Part shown: piece after piece, positions 49,891 through 59,290 of the stretch
How positions within the stretch are numbered: the stretch's first letter is position 1
How the letters are laid out: each line of letters begins with the position of its first letter
NCBI GenBank assembly: GCA_903842345.1
Contig: CAIMLR010000039.1
Coordinates: 140,268-204,267, forward strand
Source of the DNA: an uncultured Myxococcales bacterium
Lineage (GTDB): Bacteria > Myxococcota_A > UBA9042
DNA: 64,000 nt
Direction: 5' to 3'
Program-made: the position numbers and the translations under genes
Notes under the pieces: model-generated
What the model was told of the DNA's origin: nothing
Databases searched by the model: none
The model's input: the letters and a program-made list of their open reading frames with translations, nothing else

Positions 49891-51516
49891 ATGTCCCTGC
49901 ACTCGCCCATCGCCAAAACCGCCGCGCGCGTCCGCACGCCCATTCCCGCCAGCGTCGACGTCGCGATTGTTGGCGCCGGACCCGGCGGCTTGATGGCGGG
50001 CGCGATCCTCGCCCGCAGCGGCCTCAAGGTCGCAATCTTTGACCAGCACTACGTCGCGGGCGGCTGTGCGACGATGTTCGAGCGCGGTCGCTCGGACGCC
50101 CGGTGGCGCTTTGACGTCGGCTTGCACTACATCGGCGACTGCGGTCCGACCGGCAAGATTCCCAGCCTGCTCCGCCAAGTCGGCGTCACGCTGGAGTACG
50201 CGGAACTGGATCCGGACGGCTTTGACACGATCGTGCTGCCCGGCATGCGGTTTCGCATCCCCGTGGGCCACGAAAAGTACCGGCAGCGGCTCTACGAGCA
50301 CTTTCCCAAGGAGAAGAAGGGCATCGACCGCTACGTGCAGTTGCTGCTCGAGATCGACCGCACGACGCGCAAGATGGAGAGCGCGGGCGGCAAGCTGGGC
50401 TTTGGCATGGCGGTGGACACGCTGCTGCACGGTCGGCTGCTGCTGCGGTACCAGAACGCGACAATCGCCCAGGTCCTGGACGATTGCACGCAGGACAAGG
50501 CGCTGCGGGCGGTGCTGTTGGGGCAATCGGGCGACTATGGCGTGCCGCCGTCGCAGGCCAGCGCGATGCTGCATTGCGGGCTGGCCAACCATTATTTCCA
50601 CGGCGCGTACTATCCCAAGGGCGGCGGGCAGACGATCGCGGACAGCCTCGCGGACACGATTGAAGCGGCGGGCGGCACGGTCCATTTGCGCTGCGGTATC
50701 GCGAAGATCCGCATCGAGGATGGCAAGGCGGTGGGCGTCCTGACCGAGGAGGTGCACGGCGCGAGCCACGACGTGCGCGCCAAGCTCGTGCTCTCGAACG
50801 CGGACATGAAGGCGACGCTGCTGAAGCTCGTGGGACCGGAGCAGTTGCCGGACAGCTGGGTCCAAAAAGCGGACCAGATGCAGATGGGCGGCGCGCTCTT
50901 CCTGTCTTGTTTTGGCCTGCAAGGGACGGCGGCGGAAAATGGCCTCTCGGCGAGCAACTTCTGGCAGTTTGACGACTACGACGCCGAACGTTACTACGCC
51001 GACGCCGCGACCGGCGCGCTGCCGCGGGGCTGCTACGTGACAAGCGGCACGGCCAAGGATCCGACGACGCCCGGCCACGCGCCCGATGGCATGACCGGCG
51101 TGGAAGTGATGGCGCTCTCAGCCGGCAAGCCGGAAGCGTGGGGCGTGACGCCAGAGTCGCTGTGGAACGACAGCTACCGCAAGAACCCGGTCTATCTGGC
51201 CAGGAAACAGGCCGTGGAAGACGACCTGCTGCGCCGCCTGGACGGCCTGTGCCCCGGTGCAGCAGGACGCGTGGTGTTCAAGGAATCGGCGACGCCGCTG
51301 ACCCACACGCGGTTCACGCGGGCGACCGACGGCACGGGCTACGGCCTCGCCGCGATTCCCGCCCAGTTCCTGCGCAATCGCCCGGGCTATCGCGGGCCAA
51401 TGGCCGGTCTGTATTTCTGTGGCGCGTCGACGCGCGCAGGCCACGGCATCGTTGGCGCGATGATGTCCGGCGAACAGGCCGCCAAGCGGATCCTGGCGGA
51501 CTTGGCGGCGACCTGA
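49891..51516 (+). CDS. Phytoene dehydrogenase/retinol saturase-like FAD oxidoreductase
   Basis: VGAGPGGL, GGCAT.F, FDVGLHY, YPKGG, ATPLT, GHGIVGAMMSG. Confidence 0.88.
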   Translation: MSLHSPIAKTAARVRTPIPASVDVAIVGAGPGGLMAGAILARSGLKVAIFDQHYVAGGCATMFERGRSDARWRFDVGLHYIGDCGPTGKIPSLLRQVGVTLEYAELDPDGFDTIVLPGMRFRIPVGHEKYRQRLYEHFPKEKKGIDRYVQLLLEIDRTTRKMESAGGKLGFGMAVDTLLHGRLLLRYQNATIAQVLDDCTQDKALRAVLLGQSGDYGVPPSQASAMLHCGLANHYFHGAYYPKGGGQTIADSLADTIEAAGGTVHLRCGIAKIRIEDGKAVGVLTEEVHGASHDVRAKLVLSNADMKATLLKLVGPEQLPDSWVQKADQMQMGGALFLSCFGLQGTAAENGLSASNFWQFDDYDAERYYADAATGALPRGCYVTSGTAKDPTTPGHAPDGMTGVEVMALSAGKPEAWGVTPESLWNDSYRKNPVYLARKQAVEDDLLRRLDGLCPGAAGRVVFKESATPLTHTRFTRATDGTGYGLAAIPAQFLRNRPGYRGPMAGLYFCGASTRAGHGIVGAMMSGEQAAKRILADLAAT

Positions 51517-51519
51517 CGG

Positions 51520-52938
51520 CTACGCCTTCAACGCATGCAGCGGGTGGCCCATCGCGCCATGCGCGGCTTCCATCATCGCCTCGGCCATCGTCGGGTGCGC
51601 GTGCACCGTCAGCGCGATGTCTTCAGTCGTGGCAGCCATCTCCAGCGCGAGCCCGGCAGACGCGATCAGCTCCGACGCCTCCGCGCCGACGATCTGCACC
51701 GCGAGCACCAGGTCGGTCTTCTCGTCGCTGATGATGCGGACAAACCCCTCGGTCGCGTTCGCCGTCATCGCCCGGCCCAGCGCACCAAAGCCGAACTTGC
51801 CGATCTTGAGCTTCCTGCCCGTCGCCTGCAGTTCCGCCAGCGTCGGCCCAACCGTCGCGATCTCCGGGTCCGTGTAGACGACGTTCGGCATCGCCACAAC
51901 GTCCAGCGCGGTCTTCTTGCCCGCCACTGATTCCGCCGCCACTTCGCCGTCCTTGGACGCTTTGTGCGCCAGCATCGGCCCCGGCGTGATGTCGCCCACC
52001 GCCCAGATGTTCGCCGCCGTCGTCTTCAGTTGGTTGTCCACCGCGATCACGCCGCGTTTGTCCGCGACAAGCCCGACCGTCGCCAGCCCGAGGTTCGCGG
52101 TATTCGGCCGCCGGCCCACCGCCACCAGCACGACGTCGACTTCCACGGCATCGGGCTTGCCGGCCACTTCCACGTCCACGCGCACGCGGCCGTTGGGCAG
52201 CTTGGTCGCGGCCAAAGCCTTGGCGCCCTGCAGGTGCTTCACGCCGAGCTTGATCTGCTTCTGGTACACCGGCCGCGCCACATCCGCGTCAAACATCGAG
52301 AGGATCCGCTCGGCCGCCTCGATGACCGTCACCTGCACGCCGAGGCGCGCGTACACGTCCGTCAGCTCCAGGCCAATCACGCCGCCGCCGATGACCGCCA
52401 TGGCCTTGGGCAGTTCGCTGAGGGCGAGCGCGCCGGTCGAGTCGATGATCTGCTTGCCGTCAAACGCAAAGCCGGGGATTTCGATCGGGCTGGAGCCGGT
52501 CGCGAGAACGAGCTTGCCGTAGCCAACCGTCTCCGTCTTGCCGTCCGCGCCGGTCACGACGATCCTGCCGGGGCCCGCCAGCTTGCCCACGCCGACGATG
52601 TGCGTCACGCCGTTGCCCTTGAACAGCCCGCCGATGCCGCTCGACAGCTTCTGCGTGATGCCGGTCTTCCACGTCTGCATCGTCGCCATGTCGACCCGGA
52701 GGTCGCCCGCGATGACGCCCATGGCCGCGCCGTCCTTGGCCTTTTTGTAGACCTTGGACGCGTGGATCAGCGCCTTGGACGGAATGCAGCCGACGTTGAG
52801 GCAGACGCCGCCGAGCGGGCCCTTGTCGATGCACGCGGTCTTGAGGCCGTATTGGGCGAGGCGAATGGCGCAGACGTAGCCGCCCGGGCCGGAGCCGAGG
52901 ACGATGGCGTCAAAGGTGCGAATCGATTCCGTAGCCAT
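51520..52938 (-). CDS. lpdA: Dihydrolipoyl dehydrogenase
   Basis: GSGPGGY, GGVCLNVGCIPSK, GGGVIGLE, HAHPTMAE. Confidence 0.97.
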   Translation of the reverse strand: MATESIRTFDAIVLGSGPGGYVCAIRLAQYGLKTACIDKGPLGGVCLNVGCIPSKALIHASKVYKKAKDGAAMGVIAGDLRVDMATMQTWKTGITQKLSSGIGGLFKGNGVTHIVGVGKLAGPGRIVVTGADGKTETVGYGKLVLATGSSPIEIPGFAFDGKQIIDSTGALALSELPKAMAVIGGGVIGLELTDVYARLGVQVTVIEAAERILSMFDADVARPVYQKQIKLGVKHLQGAKALAATKLPNGRVRVDVEVAGKPDAVEVDVVLVAVGRRPNTANLGLATVGLVADKRGVIAVDNQLKTTAANIWAVGDITPGPMLAHKASKDGEVAAESVAGKKTALDVVAMPNVVYTDPEIATVGPTLAELQATGRKLKIGKFGFGALGRAMTANATEGFVRIISDEKTDLVLAVQIVGAEASELIASAGLALEMAATTEDIALTVHAHPTMAEAMMEAAHGAMGHPLHALKA

Positions 52939-52951
52939 GAATACTCTCCCG

Positions 52952-54400
52952 TTACGGCGTGAGCAGCCGCTTCAACATCCGATCGACCGCGCCGCGATAG
53001 GCCCCCGGTCCGCTCTTGATGCCGTTGTAAAAGACCGCGAAGACGTAGGTTTTTTCGCCCGCCTGGGCGTAGCCCGCCAGCCCGACCACGTCGTCCAGCG
53101 TCCCCGTCTTGGCCTGAATCTTGCCCTGCGTCTGCGGGTCGTGCATGCGGCCGCGGAGCGTCCCGTCCACGCCGGCGATCGGCAGCGTGGCGCGCCAATT
53201 GGCGCCCGCCGGATCCTTGTGCATCGCGCGCAGCAGGTCGACAACGGTCTGCGTCGTCACTTTGTCGGCGTGGTACAGCCCCGAGCCATTGCCCAGCACG
53301 CTGCCGTTCCAGCGGATCTGCAGCGTCTCCAAGGTCTTGCGCACCGCCGCTTCAGCCTTCTCGTTGGTCACGGGAATCTGGCCTTGACCCGCGGCGGTCT
53401 GGCGGAACATCGTCTCGGCGTACCCGTTGTGCGAGTGCTTGTTTGTCACGCTGACGATTTCCTGCAACGTCGGCGACTTGCGGGACGCGATCACCGCCAG
53501 CTCCGGCGCCTTGGCAAACGTGGGCGCCGGCACCGCGATGCCGCGCTTGAGCAGCGCCTGCTGGAACACCCAGCCCGCGTAGAAGCTGCCGTCCGCCACG
53601 CGCCGCCGTCCCGAGCCGATCGCCTTGTGCGCGACCGCGATCGTCCCCTGCACAACGACTTCAGTCACCCGCCCGTTGGGCCGCGTGACAATCGTCAGCG
53701 CGTCTTTCTTGCCCGCGACCGTCTTGGCCTCGTTCACGACGACAACCGCGTCACCTGCCGCCGGACCCACTTCGACAAGCGGCGCCTCGCCCACCGCGCC
53801 AGGCTTGACCGCCGCGTGCACCGTGCCGGCTTCGCACTGCAGCCCGCCAATCGGCGCGCGAAAGGCCGCGTCGGTCTGCTTCTCGTCAAAGCCCTTGGGC
53901 AGCTTGTCGTCAAACACCGTCGCGTCGATGACGAGCTTGGCGATCTTCGTCACGCCCTTCTTCTGCACTTCCGCGGCGAGCTTGGCGTAATCCGTCGCGA
54001 ACATCGTCGGATCGCCCGAGCCGACAAGCGCGAGCGTCGCCACTTCGCCGTTCTTGATGGCGCTCGCGCGCACGTCCGTGACAAACGCCTTGTCCGCGGG
54101 CAGCGTCTTCATGACGGCGGCCGTGGAGAAGAGCTTCGCCACCGACGCGGGATGCACAAGCTTCTTCCCGTCCAGATCGAGGACCACTTCACCCGTCGCC
54201 AGGTCGACGATCGTCGCCACCGCCGTGACCTTGCCGCCAACGCCCGTCAGGATGCTGCGCAGTGCCTCGCCCAGCGCGCTCGCCGCGGGCACCTTCGCGG
54301 GCGTGGGCACGACCGGCTGCGCGGACACGGGCCCGGGCAGCACAAGCGCGCACAACAACGCGAATTTCGAAAAGGAATGAACTGGAATTTGCTGCAACAT
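52952..54400 (-). CDS. dacB: D-Ala-D-Ala carboxypeptidase/endopeptidase PBP4 (S13)
   Basis: PASVAK (SxxK), GSGDP, SHN (SxN), GSGL, AKTGTL. Confidence 0.93.
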   Translation of the reverse strand: MLQQIPVHSFSKFALLCALVLPGPVSAQPVVPTPAKVPAASALGEALRSILTGVGGKVTAVATIVDLATGEVVLDLDGKKLVHPASVAKLFSTAAVMKTLPADKAFVTDVRASAIKNGEVATLALVGSGDPTMFATDYAKLAAEVQKKGVTKIAKLVIDATVFDDKLPKGFDEKQTDAAFRAPIGGLQCEAGTVHAAVKPGAVGEAPLVEVGPAAGDAVVVVNEAKTVAGKKDALTIVTRPNGRVTEVVVQGTIAVAHKAIGSGRRRVADGSFYAGWVFQQALLKRGIAVPAPTFAKAPELAVIASRKSPTLQEIVSVTNKHSHNGYAETMFRQTAAGQGQIPVTNEKAEAAVRKTLETLQIRWNGSVLGNGSGLYHADKVTTQTVVDLLRAMHKDPAGANWRATLPIAGVDGTLRGRMHDPQTQGKIQAKTGTLDDVVGLAGYAQAGEKTYVFAVFYNGIKSGPGAYRGAVDRMLKRLLTP

Positions 54401-54608
54401 CGCCTGCCAACTGCGCGATCGCGCGGGCGGAAGGTAGCGCGGAAACGGCGGCGGCAAAAGGATAAGCCGGGCAATTTTGCAACCCCGCAAGATTTTGCGC
54501 ACTTAGCGGCGATCCCACGGGAATGGCCATTTCTGAATGGGCTCAAGCACTTGCACACGGCGCGGCGGCATGGCGCGACCGCCACGTCGGCGGGATAGTT
54601 GGGTTTTT

Positions 54609-54637
54609 TTGCAGAAGCGCGGCGAGCATCCTAGCCT
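54609..54637 (+). promoter_or_regulatory. Putative sigma70 promoter of the L,D-transpeptidase gene
   Basis: TTGCAG-17 bp-TAGCCT, upstream of GGAGG and the ATG at 54665. Confidence 0.45.
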
Positions 54638-54664
54638 GTAAGCAGGGCATGGGAGGCCCGTACA

Positions 54665-56092
54665 ATGGAATCCGACCCGGAACCTGGTGTGCGTCCTGAT
54701 CGTCCGTCCCGCATTCCCCTGCTCGGGGTGATTTTCCTGCTGCTGGCGCTGATCGCGCTGGCGACGCCCGCCGACGCGCAGGTCCCGACTGACCGCGCGC
54801 TGCAGAACGTCGGCCTGATTCCGGAGGGCGGCGAAAAAACCTTTGCCGCAGACGATTTTTCCGGACCGCCGCCGCGCGATTGGCAGACCGGCAGCCCACC
54901 GCCGCCGCCCTTTGCCGCTTGGTCCATGGCGCCGGGCTACGTGCGCCGCGAACCGCGAATGGCCTCGCGCCTGACGGGCGTCCTCCAGCGCGGCGACACC
55001 GTAAACGTGACGTCCTGCGTGCCCGACTGCAAGGCACCCAAGGCATGGGCGATTCTCGGCACCGACGGCGCGGTTCCGCTGCGCGCGCTGCGGCCGCTGC
55101 CCGTTCCACCTGAAGCGTATGGCACCTCCGCGGCAGCGCGGTATGAGTACGGTCACCCCGCGGGCGGCACGCCGCAGGTCTTTGCCGAGCCCAACGCGAA
55201 ATCCAAGGTGCTGCGCAAGGAGAAATCCGACTTCCGCTTGGCGTTTGTGCCCAATCCCGCGCAGGCCCAGCGCGGTTGGCTGCAGCGGCCCGATGGCGGC
55301 TGGATGCGCACGCGGGACATCAAGCTCTTCACGCCGTCCAAGTTTGAGGGTGTGCGCGACGGGAACCAGGGCGCGTTTGTTTTCGTCCGCCACAAGATCG
55401 TGCTGAAGGTGCCGCAGGATCCCAAGACCAAGGCTGTCAAGCCGACGCCGGAGCAGCTGCTCGCGCGCACCCTCAAGCGTTACGACCACTTGCCGCTGCT
55501 CGGCGAGAAGAATGGCCGCGTGTCGGTGCCCGGCGGTTCGCTGCCGGCTGGCGCGGTGCGCATCGTCCGTCAGGTGCCGCGGCCCAAGGGCGTCGCGCCG
55601 ACCGACCACTGGATCTACGTGGACCTGCACGAGCAGGTGCTCACGGCGTATCTGGGTGACCAGCGCGAGCTGGCGACGCTGGTTTCCACGGGCAAGAGCG
55701 ACAAGAAATCGCACATGACCCACGAAGGCACGTTCAAGCTCTACGCCAAGTCGGTGCATACCTCGATGCGCGGCAAGCCGTGGGATGACTACTACGCCGA
55801 GGAAGTGCCGTGGACGATGCACTACGACGAGGGCCGCGCGCTGCATGGCGCGTACTGGCATGACCAGTTCGGCATCCAGAAGTCGCACGGCTGTGTGAAC
55901 CTGTCGCCCGCAGACGCCGCTTGGCTGTTCCAGTGGATGCCGCCCAAGCTGCCCGATGGCTGGCACTCGGTCCTGCCCGTCAGCGGCAAGATGGCGACCG
56001 TGTGGGTCATCGTCGCGGATCCCAGCAAGGGGTCGCACAAGCCGGTGCGGCACGTCGCGGCGGCGCAGAACGGGCGTCTTGCCAAGCAGTAG
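54665..56092 (+). CDS. L,D-transpeptidase (YkuD) family protein
   Basis: WIYVDL..Q, VSTGK, ALHGAYWH.....SHGCVNL; N-terminal signal/TM segment. Confidence 0.92.
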   Translation: MESDPEPGVRPDRPSRIPLLGVIFLLLALIALATPADAQVPTDRALQNVGLIPEGGEKTFAADDFSGPPPRDWQTGSPPPPPFAAWSMAPGYVRREPRMASRLTGVLQRGDTVNVTSCVPDCKAPKAWAILGTDGAVPLRALRPLPVPPEAYGTSAAARYEYGHPAGGTPQVFAEPNAKSKVLRKEKSDFRLAFVPNPAQAQRGWLQRPDGGWMRTRDIKLFTPSKFEGVRDGNQGAFVFVRHKIVLKVPQDPKTKAVKPTPEQLLARTLKRYDHLPLLGEKNGRVSVPGGSLPAGAVRIVRQVPRPKGVAPTDHWIYVDLHEQVLTAYLGDQRELATLVSTGKSDKKSHMTHEGTFKLYAKSVHTSMRGKPWDDYYAEEVPWTMHYDEGRALHGAYWHDQFGIQKSHGCVNLSPADAAWLFQWMPPKLPDGWHSVLPVSGKMATVWVIVADPSKGSHKPVRHVAAAQNGRLAKQ

Positions 56093-56095
56093 CGG

Positions 56096-57835
56096 TCAGG
56101 CCGGCAGGAGCGCGATCAGCGTCGCCTGCAGCGAAACTCTGCCGTTGAACGCGTTGCGTTCCAGACGGACCACAGCGTCGACCCGCGCGCCATCGCCAAA
56201 CCCTTCCATGACCGATCGCGCGCAAAACGCGTCCACGCCCTGCCGCGCCCACGCCGGTTGGTTCCCCGCCGCCAGCAGCGACGTTTTGCACCAGTCCTGA
56301 TCCTTGCCCACGAATTTTGGCCGGTGCACTTCCACGCCGCGCAGGAGAAACTGCGGCCGCTCGTTGCCCTTTCCGCACGGCTCCAGCTGATCGAGCAGAT
56401 CGACGATCGACAGCTCCAGTTCCGCGATTGTCAGCGTCGCGTCGATGCGGATCGCCCGGTCGCGCCGCTCCAACGGCAGGGTCGCCGCGACGTGCGCCTG
56501 CAACCGCGTGCGGAACGTATCCACCCGATCGGCCGCCAAGGTCACGCCCGCGGCCATCGCGTGGCCGCCAAAACGCTCAAACAGACCCTCGGCGTGAATC
56601 GCCCGCAGGCCATCGACGAGGTCGTAGCCGGAAATGGACCGCCCCGAGCCGCGCGCCATGCCATCGGGGCAAATCGCCAGCACAAACGTCGGCGCCGCCA
56701 GTTCGTCCTTCACCTTGTTCGCGACGATCCCGACCACGCCCTGATGCCAATCCGCGTGCGCCACGACGACGCCGTGAGCGTTGCCTTCCTGCACGCGCGC
56801 CTGCGCCAGCGCGGCCACGGTCGCGAGCGCCTGCGCGTCCTTGCGGCGGTTATTCTCCAGGTCGATCAGCTCGGCGAGCTCGAGCGCGCGCGCCGGATTC
56901 TGCGTCGTCAGCAGTTCAAACGCCGTCTGCGGGTCCGCCATGCGCCCCGCGGCGTTGATCGGCGGCGCGAGGTGAAAGCCCACGCGATCCGCGCTGACCA
57001 TCGCGATTTTGGTGTTGCGCGCGGCCAGCGTCTGCACGCCGGGCCGCTGCGACTGGCCGAGCAGCCGCAGCCCGTGCCAGCACAGGATGCGGTTGACGCC
57101 GCGCATGGGCGACATGTCCGCGATCGTGCCCAGCGCGGACAGCTCGATCAGCGACTTCAGCTCGACGGGCTTGCCCACGCCGCGACTGTGCAGCTCGCGC
57201 CGCAGCGCCTGCGCCAGCACCATCGCCACGCCGACGGCGGACAGGGACTTGTCCGGGTACGTGCACTCCGGCTGTTGCGGATTGAGCAGAACCGACGCGT
57301 TGGGGCGCACGGGACCCAGCGCGTGGTGGTCGCAGACAATGAAATGGCGGCCGCGATCGCGCACGGCCTGGATTTCGCGCACCGACGTCGTACCGCAGTC
57401 GACGGAGATGAAGAGCGCCACCCCTTCGTCGCACAGCTCCTGCAGACGGTCGTAGTGCAGGCCGTAGCCGTCGCGGAAGCGATCGGGCAGGAACACGCGG
57501 ACGGTATGGCCCAAGCGGCGGAAAAGGTCGTCCAGCAACGCCGCTGCGCTGATGCCATCGACGTCGTAGTCGCCGTAGACGCAGATCTTGTCGCCTGCCT
57601 GCAAAGCGTCCGCGACGAGGCGCGCCGCCGCCATCACGCCGGTCATCAGCGTGGGATCGGGCAGATCCGCCAGCTGCGGCTGCAGGAACTTGCTGGCGAG
57701 CTCAGGGGTGTGGATTCCGCGCAGCACGAGGATGCGCGCGAGCAGAGGCGGCACACCGGAGGCGATGAGCGCGGCGACTTGGGCGTCGTCCGGCTCCCGG
57801 ATTTCCAGGTGCGCCTTCAGGGCAGGCACGGGCAA
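56096..57835 (-). CDS. recJ: Single-stranded-DNA exonuclease RecJ
   Basis: YGDYDVDG, DGYGL, VDCG, DHH, INAAGRM, GSGRS, GGHAMAAG. Confidence 0.97.
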   Translation of the reverse strand: MPVPALKAHLEIREPDDAQVAALIASGVPPLLARILVLRGIHTPELASKFLQPQLADLPDPTLMTGVMAAARLVADALQAGDKICVYGDYDVDGISAAALLDDLFRRLGHTVRVFLPDRFRDGYGLHYDRLQELCDEGVALFISVDCGTTSVREIQAVRDRGRHFIVCDHHALGPVRPNASVLLNPQQPECTYPDKSLSAVGVAMVLAQALRRELHSRGVGKPVELKSLIELSALGTIADMSPMRGVNRILCWHGLRLLGQSQRPGVQTLAARNTKIAMVSADRVGFHLAPPINAAGRMADPQTAFELLTTQNPARALELAELIDLENNRRKDAQALATVAALAQARVQEGNAHGVVVAHADWHQGVVGIVANKVKDELAAPTFVLAICPDGMARGSGRSISGYDLVDGLRAIHAEGLFERFGGHAMAAGVTLAADRVDTFRTRLQAHVAATLPLERRDRAIRIDATLTIAELELSIVDLLDQLEPCGKGNERPQFLLRGVEVHRPKFVGKDQDWCKTSLLAAGNQPAWARQGVDAFCARSVMEGFGDGARVDAVVRLERNAFNGRVSLQATLIALLPA

Positions 57836-59230
57836 TTACGCCGCGGTCGAGGGCGCGTGATCGGGCAGGCGAACCTTGCGGTCCTCAAAGCGATGGTGCA
57901 GCCACAAGAAGATCGGGCTCGCGACGAAGATCGACGAGAACGTGCCGACGATGACGCCGATGCACATCGCGAACGCGAAGTCGCGAATCAAGCCGCCGCC
58001 GAAGAGGAAGATGGACGCCGACGTCAGGAACGTCGTCAAGGACGTCAGCACCGTGCGGCTCATCGTCTGGTTGATCGCGGAATTGACGAGCGTCTCGACC
58101 TTCACGTCCGGATGCTTCTCCTGCATCTCGCGAATTCGGTCAAAGACGACGATGGTGTCCGTCACCGAGTAACCGGCGACCGTGAGCACCGCGGCGATGA
58201 CCGGCATGGAGAACTTGACCTGCGCGACCGAGAACGCACCGATGACGAGGATCACGTCGTGCACCGTCGCGACGAGCGCGCCCGGAGCGTAGCGCACGTC
58301 AAAGCGCAGGATGATGTAGAGCACGATGCCGAGAATGGCGTAGAGAATCGCGACGAGGCCCTGGCTCATCATTTCGCCGGCGACCGACGGCGAGACCGCG
58401 GTGGACGATTCGACCTGAATGAAGCCCTTGCCGTACTTGGCGCGGATGCCGTCTTCCAGCTTGGCCTTGAATTCCTCGATGACGACGGTGAAACGCGAAT
58501 CCGACTTGTCCGCCAGATCCGCCTCTTTCTGCGCGCGCAGCTTGGCTTCTTCCGCGGCGATCTTGACCTGCGCAGCCTTGGCCACATCCGGCTTGACGTC
58601 GCCCTTGCCCGACTCCGCTTCCAGCATCTGGAGCGAGCGGAACATGTTCACGTCCAGCTGCACTTCCAGATCGCTGCCGGCTTTGGTCTTGGGAAAGCCC
58701 GCGTCCGCGAAGATCTTGCCCAGTGAAGCGTAGGTGTCCGTGATCTTCTTGGGCTCCGTCAGCGTCACGAACACGCGATCTTCGCCTTCCGCCGCCCATT
58801 CCACGTCAATCTTGTCGCCGAACTGCGCCTTCAGGTTCTTCTCGATGCCGTCGCGCTTCGCCTTGTTCAGGAGCGACGTCAGTTCCGTCACGACCGCAAA
58901 GTGCTTCTTGCCCGCGCCGCCGCCGGTGCCGGTGTCGAATTCCTGCACTTCCACGTCGCCGATGTGTTCCTTGGACGCGCCGAGCGCGCTCGTCAGGATG
59001 CCTTCCACGGTGTTCTGCAGGCCGACGCGATCGACCTTGGCGGCCGGATCAAACGCGACGATCTGCTTGGTGCCGCCCTTGAAGTCGATGCCCTTGTTGA
59101 AGCCCAACGTGCTGAGCGCGATGATCGACGCCAGGATGCCGACGCCGGTCAACGCGTAGTACACGTGACGGCGACCGACAAAGTCGTAGTTGGATTCCGG
59201 ATTGAAGAGCGAATAGTGCTTGTGGGACAT
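57836..59230 (-). CDS. secF: Protein translocase subunit SecF with enlarged periplasmic domain
   Basis: GIDFKGG, HDV, GYSVTDTIVVFDRIRE, GTFSSIFVASP. Confidence 0.95.
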   Translation of the reverse strand: MSHKHYSLFNPESNYDFVGRRHVYYALTGVGILASIIALSTLGFNKGIDFKGGTKQIVAFDPAAKVDRVGLQNTVEGILTSALGASKEHIGDVEVQEFDTGTGGGAGKKHFAVVTELTSLLNKAKRDGIEKNLKAQFGDKIDVEWAAEGEDRVFVTLTEPKKITDTYASLGKIFADAGFPKTKAGSDLEVQLDVNMFRSLQMLEAESGKGDVKPDVAKAAQVKIAAEEAKLRAQKEADLADKSDSRFTVVIEEFKAKLEDGIRAKYGKGFIQVESSTAVSPSVAGEMMSQGLVAILYAILGIVLYIILRFDVRYAPGALVATVHDVILVIGAFSVAQVKFSMPVIAAVLTVAGYSVTDTIVVFDRIREMQEKHPDVKVETLVNSAINQTMSRTVLTSLTTFLTSASIFLFGGGLIRDFAFAMCIGVIVGTFSSIFVASPIFLWLHHRFEDRKVRLPDHAPSTAA

Positions 59231-59290
59231 GATCTTGTGTGCCTTTCGCAAAGAGCGCCGTTTCGAGGGTTCTCACATCTGCCGCGGTGG

